Part shown: positions 1 to 64,000 of the stretch, in pieces
How the letters are laid out: every line of letters begins with the position of its first letter
How positions within the stretch are numbered: position 1 is the first letter of the stretch
NCBI RefSeq assembly: GCF_006345805.1
Contig: NC_043003.1
Coordinates: forward strand, 13,330,001-13,394,000
Source of the DNA: Octopus sinensis
Lineage: Eukaryota
DNA length: 64,000 nucleotides
Direction of reading: 5' to 3'
Program-made: the position numbers and the translations under genes
Notes under the pieces: generated by a model
The model's input: the letters and a program-made list of their open reading frames with translations, nothing else
Database searches by the model: none
What the model was told of the DNA's origin: nothing

Positions 1-103
1 TATATATATATATATATATATATATGTATGCATTTATACATATATACATGTATACATACATATACATATACATATATATATATATATGTATGTATATATA
101 TAT

Positions 104-320
104 GTGTGTCTTTCAAAATGTGACCTCGTGTGTACCGTTGGCGATTTTTTTCCTCTGTCTTCCCTTCTCTGGATCTTTCCTTCTCCTATGTTTCCGACAA
201 AGAGCTCCGCTCGAAACGTTAAACCCTCCTTCTTTCCTGAGCGTCCAATAATACTATATTTGTTCCACGTCCTCGCGTTGTTGTGTTTTTTTGTGTTTTC
301 TTGTTTGGATTAACTTTATA
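104..320 (+). mobile_element. Family P1 short element embedded in (TA)n, with decayed hammerhead-like motif at 190-224
   Basis: Near-identical reverse copy at about 30745-30930; gttt CCGACAA a gag-ctccg-ctc GAAAC GTT aaac. Confidence 0.7.
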
Positions 321-414
321 TATGTATATATATGTATATATATGTATATATGTATATATATGTATATATGTATATATATATATGTATGTATACATATATG
401 TATGTATGTATACA

Positions 415-443
<29 letters not shown>

Positions 444-445
<2 letters not shown>

Positions 446-610
446 GGGCCATGGAAGTCCTCCAAAGTGAAGGCGTCCAGGGCCCTTGTTGTCTCACCTT
501 TCATATTCTCAATGTCCTCAAAACAACTGCACCTCAGGTCCTCTATTAACTTGGTGAACAATCAAGCGACAGGGAGCAACTCTGGACTGTTGCGAAAGTG
601 AGGGACAACT
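444..610 (-). mobile_element. Mariner/Tc1 transposase C-terminal fragment (pseudogene)
   Basis: Minus strand reads [47 protein letters not shown], resembling YSPDLAP.DF.LF.KLK..LRG..F.D. Confidence 0.55.
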
Positions 611-879
611 TTTATACCCAATAATTATATATAGATACGATCAAGGGGATAAGTACAATCTGAATGTGTAAATGAAGCGCCACATCAGCACTTCATGTAT
701 GAAGCTGGTTCGCATAGCATTCCAGCAACCAAAGGAAGGTCAGTTAAACCTCAATGAATAAGTGAAGGGAGAAATACACGAACCCAAGGTATGTTTGTTC
801 CAGTAGCCATGTTATAAGCTTCACAGAACGAATAATAATTAATTTAATTAAAGAAATGAGCAGTCAATTGATATTATAT

Positions 880-1265
880 GGCTTCTGTGCCAGTGGCACG
901 TAAAAAGCACCAACCGATCATGGCCGTTGCCAGCCTTTCCTGGCACCTGTGCTGGTGGCACGTAAAAAGCACCATCTGTAAGTGGCAGATGCCAACGCCG
1001 CCTTGACTGGCTTCAGTGCCGGTGGCACCTAAAAAGCACCAACTGATCGTGGCCATTGCCAGCCTCCCCTGGCACCTGTGCTGGTGGCACGTAAATAGCA
1101 CCCACTACACTCATGGAGTGGTTGGCATTAAGAAGGGTATCCAGCCATAGAAACACTGCCGGATTAGACTGGAGCCTGGTGCAGCCTCCTGGCTTCCCAG
1201 ACCCCTGTTGAACCATCCAACCCATGCTTGCATGGAAAACGGACATTAAACGATGATGATGATGT
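880..1265 (+). mobile_element. Family C repeat: VNTR of GTGCC-NNN-GGCAC hairpins + conserved 3' body + (GAT)n tail; inferred RTE LINE 3' UTR
   Basis: About 16 related copies, e.g. 3745-4128(+), 15420-16015(-), 23455-23897(+), 25585-25893(+), 25942-26353(-), 29925-30355(-), 32996-33245(-), 38094-38520(+), 51584-51925(-), 55557-55980(-). Confidence 0.75.
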
Positions 1266-1438
1266 ATTACTTGCATATAATATACATTCCTTGCCACATA
1301 TGTTAGATTACTTACATCTTTCGTTATTTTAGGAAAATGATGCATCTAGTCCCTTTTTAAGAAAAGCTTGGGGAAGCTGAAATAAAAACAAACATTTCCT
1401 CAGTAGTATTCACCAAGTTATGTTCCTGTTTATTTCAG

Positions 1439-58613
<57,175 letters not shown>

Positions 58614-58974
58614 AACAGAGGATCAGCATTTGTGAAAAGCACAGTACTATCAATCAAAAACACTGTGATCATTAATGAGAAACAAAAACCATTATTTTAT
58701 CTATCTATATATATATATATGTATGTATATTTCTAAAAGCATTGTATAAAATTACGTAAAAATAAAGATACATTTTAAGAAAACTAATTGTGTTAAAAGT
58801 TTTTTGCCTTTCGTTTTTGGATTTGGTTTGCAAGATTCTTTATATGAGTTCGTGTGTTGAAACATATTCTGTTGTGTCTGGGGAGAGTCATTTTCTTTTT
58901 GTGCCCTATGATTTAACACACTCACCAGTATAAATATATATATATATATATATAATATATATATATATATATAA

Positions 58975-59021
<47 letters not shown>

Positions 59022-59022
<1 letters not shown>

Positions 59023-59131
59023 TTTTTTTTTCTCTTTAGTTTCAGCTCAGAGCTGCGGCCATGCTGATGCACCGTCGTTTTGCTACACTATTATCACTAA
59101 GAGCCTCCTCTAGTATGTGGCACTTGGTATA

Positions 59132-59168
<37 letters not shown>

Positions 59169-60086
59169 GAATATATATAAGGATTTTTTTTTCTGTTAGT
59201 TTCAGCTCGGAGCTGTGGCCATGCTGATGCACCGCCGTTTTGTGCTACACTGTTATTACTATGAGCCTCCTCTAATATGTGGCACTTGGTGAAGAATGGA
59301 GTTTGACATAGCTACCCACATTTGCACCTCTTGCCGTGAGGTCAGTTCATCTGGGACTCTCGACAGGAAGAGGTCCAGCTTTGATTTAAAAACCGCTACA
59401 TCTACTTTGTGCAAGATCCTCGGACTCTTTGGGAGAATATTAAAAAGCTGTGGAACCTTGAAACCCAGGCTGTTGCAGTAACTGGTCCTGAAGCATGATG
59501 GCATTGCTGGGATCTTTGGCACAATGCAGTGTCATCCCGTTCTAGCGTTGGTGTAGCTTACAATGCCAAAATTTGGCACAATTCCTACCAGGATCTTCCA
59601 GATATATATTACTGCATACCTCTTTTATCTTCTCTCCAGGGAGTAGAGTCTTAGCTGTTTCAACCTTTCCCAGTAGCTGAGCTGTTGCAAAGAGACGATC
59701 TTCTTTGTGAATCTTCTCTGGATTGCTTCAAGGTCCGCTGTTAATTTCACACTGGTGGGTGACCATAGCTGTGAGCAGTAATCCAGGCGGCTGAGGACAA
59801 ATGTCTGCCAGAGGACCATCATAGTTTCCTTATCTCTGGTTCTGAATGTTCATAGGATCCATCCAGCCAATCGTCTGCACTTTGTCGCCATCATGGTAAT
59901 GTGCACTTGGAAAGAGGTATCATCATTCATGTTGATACGCAGGTCCCTCACAGACTTAGGCTCTGGGATTGAAATTCCCTGTGGACTGGTGGACCCTGTA
60001 AGTTTAATATTCAGTTTTGGATGCTGATAGTACAGGGTCTGGAATTTTTCAGCATTAAACTGCATATTATTATCCTCAGCCCATCT
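59022..60086 (-). mobile_element. L2/CR1-like LINE, 5'-truncated RT C-terminus, 3' end duplicated
   Basis: [63 protein letters not shown]; 3' about 105 nt present at 59022-59128 and again from 59184. Confidence 0.85.
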
Positions 60087-60155
60087 GTATATATATAATA
60101 TATATAAGGATATATATATATACATACATATATATAAATATATATCTAAATATCT

Positions 60156-60202
<47 letters not shown>

Positions 60203-60383
60203 TATATATATAAAAATATATATATAAATATATATATATATAAAATATATATATAAATATATATATATATATAAAAATAATATATAAATATATACATATA
60301 TAAATATATATATAAACAGTTGCCATGATAGATCGGTAGCCACTACACACATTTTTTTTCTCTCCTTGTTTTTTTCTGTGTCC

Positions 60384-60419
60384 CTTTCTGTAGAAGAGCG
60401 TAGGCTCGAAACGTAAAAG
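60384..60419 (+). ncRNA. Hammerhead-like motif (family P2, copy 2; U at core position 6)
   Basis: cttt CTGTAGA a GAGC-gtag-GCTC GAAAC GTA aaag. Confidence 0.55.
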
Positions 60420-60778
60420 ACTTTTTCAATTCCTGAGCGTTATACTAATACATCAGTTTGTTTTGTACGCCACATGTCTTCGTCTTTTGTTTTTTTCGTG
60501 AACTCTCCCTATATATATATATATAAACATATATATATATAAACACACATATATACATATATATGTATATATATAAATATATATATATTTGTGTGTCTGT
60601 GTTTGTGCCCCACCATCGCTTGACAACCGATGTTGGTGTGTAAATTATCAGTTCAGTAAAAGAGACTGATAGAATAAGTACTAGGCTTACAAAGAATAAG
60701 TCTTGGGGTCGATTTGTTTGACTAAAGGCAGCGCTCCAGCATGGCCATAGTCAAATGACTAAAACAAATCAATGAATA

Positions 60779-60882
60779 GTATTACTTTGGCAATACATAT
60801 ACTACAACTGGTATGCAAGAAAAGATCAGCATGGCCCCTGTGCAAGGATGACAAGCAAATTTGTGAAGCATTCTATATTTAT
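60779..60882 (+). pseudogene. U6: U6 snRNA retro-pseudogene
   Basis: agcatggcccctgtgcaaggatgacaagcaaatttgtgaagcattctatattt differs from the conserved U6 3' half at 5 of 53 nt, mostly at CpG; 5' stem recognisable; ACAGAGA box degraded. Confidence 0.85.
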
Positions 60883-63800
60883 AAAATCAAGGTGGTGCCC
60901 CAGCATGGCCACAATTTAATGACTGAAACAGGTAAAAGATAAATGATAGACACAGGCATGGTTATATGGTAAGAAGTTTGCTTCCCAACCACATGATTCC
61001 AGGTTCAGTCTCACTGCATGACAACTTCGACAAGTGTCTTAATACCACAGCCTTAGGCCAACCAAAGCCTTGTGAGTGTATTTAGCAGATGGAAACTGAA
61101 AGAATCCCATCGTATACGTGTGTGTGTTTGTTTGTCCCCCTTTTATCTCTGTCTGGTGTGTTTACATCCTCGTAACTTAGCAGTTTGGCAAAAGACACCA
61201 AAAGAATAAATACGGGGTTGATTCATTTTGCTAAAAAAGAACTTCAAGGCAGTGCTCAAGCATGGCCACGATCTTATGATGGAAACAAGAAAAAGATAAA
61301 AGATCAATAAAGAAGACAAAAAAATAATCAGTCAACAAAATATAAAAAAAAAGTTGTTTTATCTTCAGTGCATCATTCACACTTTATTTTGAAATACAAT
61401 CCATATTTGTGAGTCCATTCAAGCATACATATTTCTGGTTTAAAAAAAAGGTAAAGCTTTCGCATTTGTAGGATCAAACACCAAAAAAAATATTGCAAGA
61501 CATTCCATTAATTTTATTCAATTCTATAAATAAGCCAAAAAAAATTTGGGTAAGATGTACAAAATGTTAGTTAAATAGCACCTCCCAAGAAATTATTCTC
61601 TCAAAATATGTGAAATTTAAAAAAAAAAACTTTTCTGAACTAAATAATCAAAATAGACAATTTATACGCAGATTATAGCTATTAATTTAGTGTCAAAGAA
61701 AATGTGTGCATTTGTGTTGTCAATTAAATTTTGTTAACAAAAAATAGAGCACAACATTACTGCTATTCTTTTATGAATAACAACGGTGATTTGTATCAAT
61801 GCTTCTATAGAATACACAAGATGTTTGAGTGTATTGAATTCAGTTCAATTTCATGATGAAAAATGCAAAGTCAGTAGATTCTCAGGCAGACCTTATAAAA
61901 TATTGAATAATTAAATAAAACATTTAATTTATAATTGTTAGTTTGACAAAATATATTTTGTTTCACCTGAGCCACAGGTAAAACAAAATATATTTTCTCA
62001 GACTATTAATTATAGATTAGATATTTTATTCACTCTCGGGATTATTTATTGAGTTCTTTATTCAGGCGTACCTTCTTTTGAACTTGCCGCCACCAGGATT
62101 AATCAAACAGTCAATTTAAACATACCATATGAAACAAAGGAGAAGAGATTTTAGAAAGCAATGTGTGAAAAGATTTATATATAAATCCTATAATACCTTG
62201 TTTTCTAAATTGGATAAGGAGAAGCTATACGAATATTAGAATGCTCATAACACTTTAAACCTATAAACTTGAATACATGGGAATTAGAAAAACTGAACAG
62301 GGTTCAGTGAGGAAGCTTTTGCAATCAAGCCATCTTTGACATCAAGACAACTGGATCAACACCCTGAAGGAGAAAAATGCCCTGCATAGATCCAGGTCCG
62401 ATCTACCCCAAATGACAAGAGACCACAACTGTTTGCAAAATAGGTCTGCAAATCTTGGATACTTCTGGATTCTGAGATCAAACTACACAGCAAAATATCC
62501 AACTAAGAATATTGTGCAACTGAGTTTTGTTGAACCCTTGTTCGTTGAAGCGGTGAAAAAAACCCAAGAACATCAACAACTCATAATGCAGCAGATATTC
62601 AAATAAACTGCTTAATGACTTTTAAATACTAATTAAAACTATCAGAACACTTTAAAATTTTAATGAAAATAAACTTTAACCTCAGACCTTTGATATAGCT
62701 TAGAATTTAATTTCTTTTAGTCATGATTTTATTTATATACACAGCTAACACTTTCAATATTTTGGTTAAACTATTTATAATCAACATACTATAGATTAAC
62801 CCGATATACAATGCCAGTAACATCAAGGTCTGTTTAATAATCACAGTGAAAATTGAACCAAGATGGCAGATGAAGAGCTGTACCAAGCATTTTTCTATTT
62901 GTCATTGTATTACCATAACTGTTTTTGACTTAATATATATAGCTTGCTATTTCTTTTAACATGTTTAACAGACCAGCTGAACAATGTTTAATAAGTTTTG
63001 TCATGGAAATATGTCAACAAGTCATAGAATTTATAAATAATCAGGGTTGTTAAAAACGAGTAATAATGCTTTCTACTAATAGGCACAAGGCCTGAAATTT
63101 GGGGGAAGGGGGCCAGTCAATTAGATCGACCCCCAGTACGCAGCTGGTACTTAATTTATTGACACCAAAAGGATGAAAGGCAAAGTCAACCTTGGCGGAA
63201 TTTGAACTCAGAATGTAAAGACAGACAAAATACTGCTAAGCATTCTGTCCGATGTGCTAATGATTCTGCCAATTCGCTGCCTTCAAAAGAAAAAAAAAAA
63301 GAAGGTAAAAAGAATTGTAATAATACATATGGATAGCTGACAGTGTTTGATTGTTATAAAAGGCAGAAAAGGAAAAAAAATTCCAGTGCTTCAATGAGTT
63401 TGTTGAAATTGATAAAAATAAAACAAAAAAAAAGACAACTGACAATAACTATCATTTTTTCTCAAAATAATTAAATAACTAAACCATATGTTTCCTGTGA
63501 AATGAAAGCTTGTAATAAAATGAGAAGCATAAAATGGATCTATGCTTTAAGTATGAATTTACAATTTAGAGAGAGAAAGTCTTAAGATAAATGAAAGAAA
63601 GTTATTAAAATAATCTTCAAACTTATAAAGCAAACAAGTTATAAAAATCATAAAATTACAATTAAAAAAATATGTATGTATATATGTATGTATAAACTTG
63701 GTCATACAAACAGAATAAACAGAACTCAAGACATAAGTATATATATATTTTTTTATTATATTTTCAATTGGCAAAATTTACAAAGTGACTTTTGGCCCTT

Positions 63801-64000
63801 GAGTCTGTATGTAGACCCTGCCAATTAAAAATAGCATGCATGCATACATACACACACATCCACACAGATAGATACATACATACATTACATTATACATACA
63901 TACATATACCTTTAATTGGTTGAAAAATACAATAAGAAAAATGTGCAGTTTAAGAAGCAGGTACCATTATAGAAATCATTTACAACCTTGAGATATTTAA

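Noticed and set aside
24-601. YI/CV/HT-rich ORFs here and throughout the window
   Set aside because: Read-throughs of (TA)n, (TG)n and (CA)n microsatellites or of SINE bodies.
880-1105. CRISPR-like array: palindromic 25-nt repeat gtgccggtggcacgtaaaaagcacc with 35-42 nt spacers
   Set aside because: Spacers are homologous to one another, the context is a eukaryotic retroposon 3' UTR, and there are no cas genes; it is a VNTR.
58761-58766. AATAAA as the gene's poly(A) signal
   Set aside because: It lies in a repeat-derived segment in very AT-rich DNA, so it cannot be assigned without 3' end reads.
60779-60882. Functional U6 gene
   Set aside because: ACAGAGA box is destroyed, CpG-type substitutions are present, and flanks are retroposon sequence with no recognisable U6 promoter.

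Overview
AT-rich, microsatellite- and retroposon-dense eukaryotic (animal) DNA; the repeat landscape looks like an Octopus-type cephalopod genome (inference). The window is almost entirely the 3' part of one + strand gene: 26 exons from 1439 to 58613 splice in frame (2823 nt, 940 aa plus stop). The product is a MALRD1-like type I membrane protein: MAM(end)-LDLa-MAM-LDLa-MAM-LDLa-MAM-Thr-rich linker-LDLa-LDLa-EGF-TM-tail with two NPxY motifs. Its 5' end lies upstream of the window. Almost all ORFs in the supplied track are spurious read-throughs of microsatellites and repeats. The introns hold several tRNA-derived SINE families, RTE, L2/CR1-like and R4/Dong LINE fragments, two non-autonomous Helitrons, piggyBac- and hAT-type MITEs, mariner fragments and giant (GAT)n and (AAT)n arrays. 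Main points of interest: (1) six minimal type I hammerhead-ribozyme motifs in four short microsatellite-embedded element families, one with a tRNA-like Pol III head and one inside a perfect 135-bp inverted repeat; (2) a U6 snRNA copy fused to a retroposon 3' tail; (3) a SINE and a LINE sharing a covarying 3' stem-loop; (4) a cluster of R4/Dong elements all sitting in (TAA)n; (5) a duplicated cassette exon in the receptor stalk. All alignments and folds were done by eye; no database was searched.
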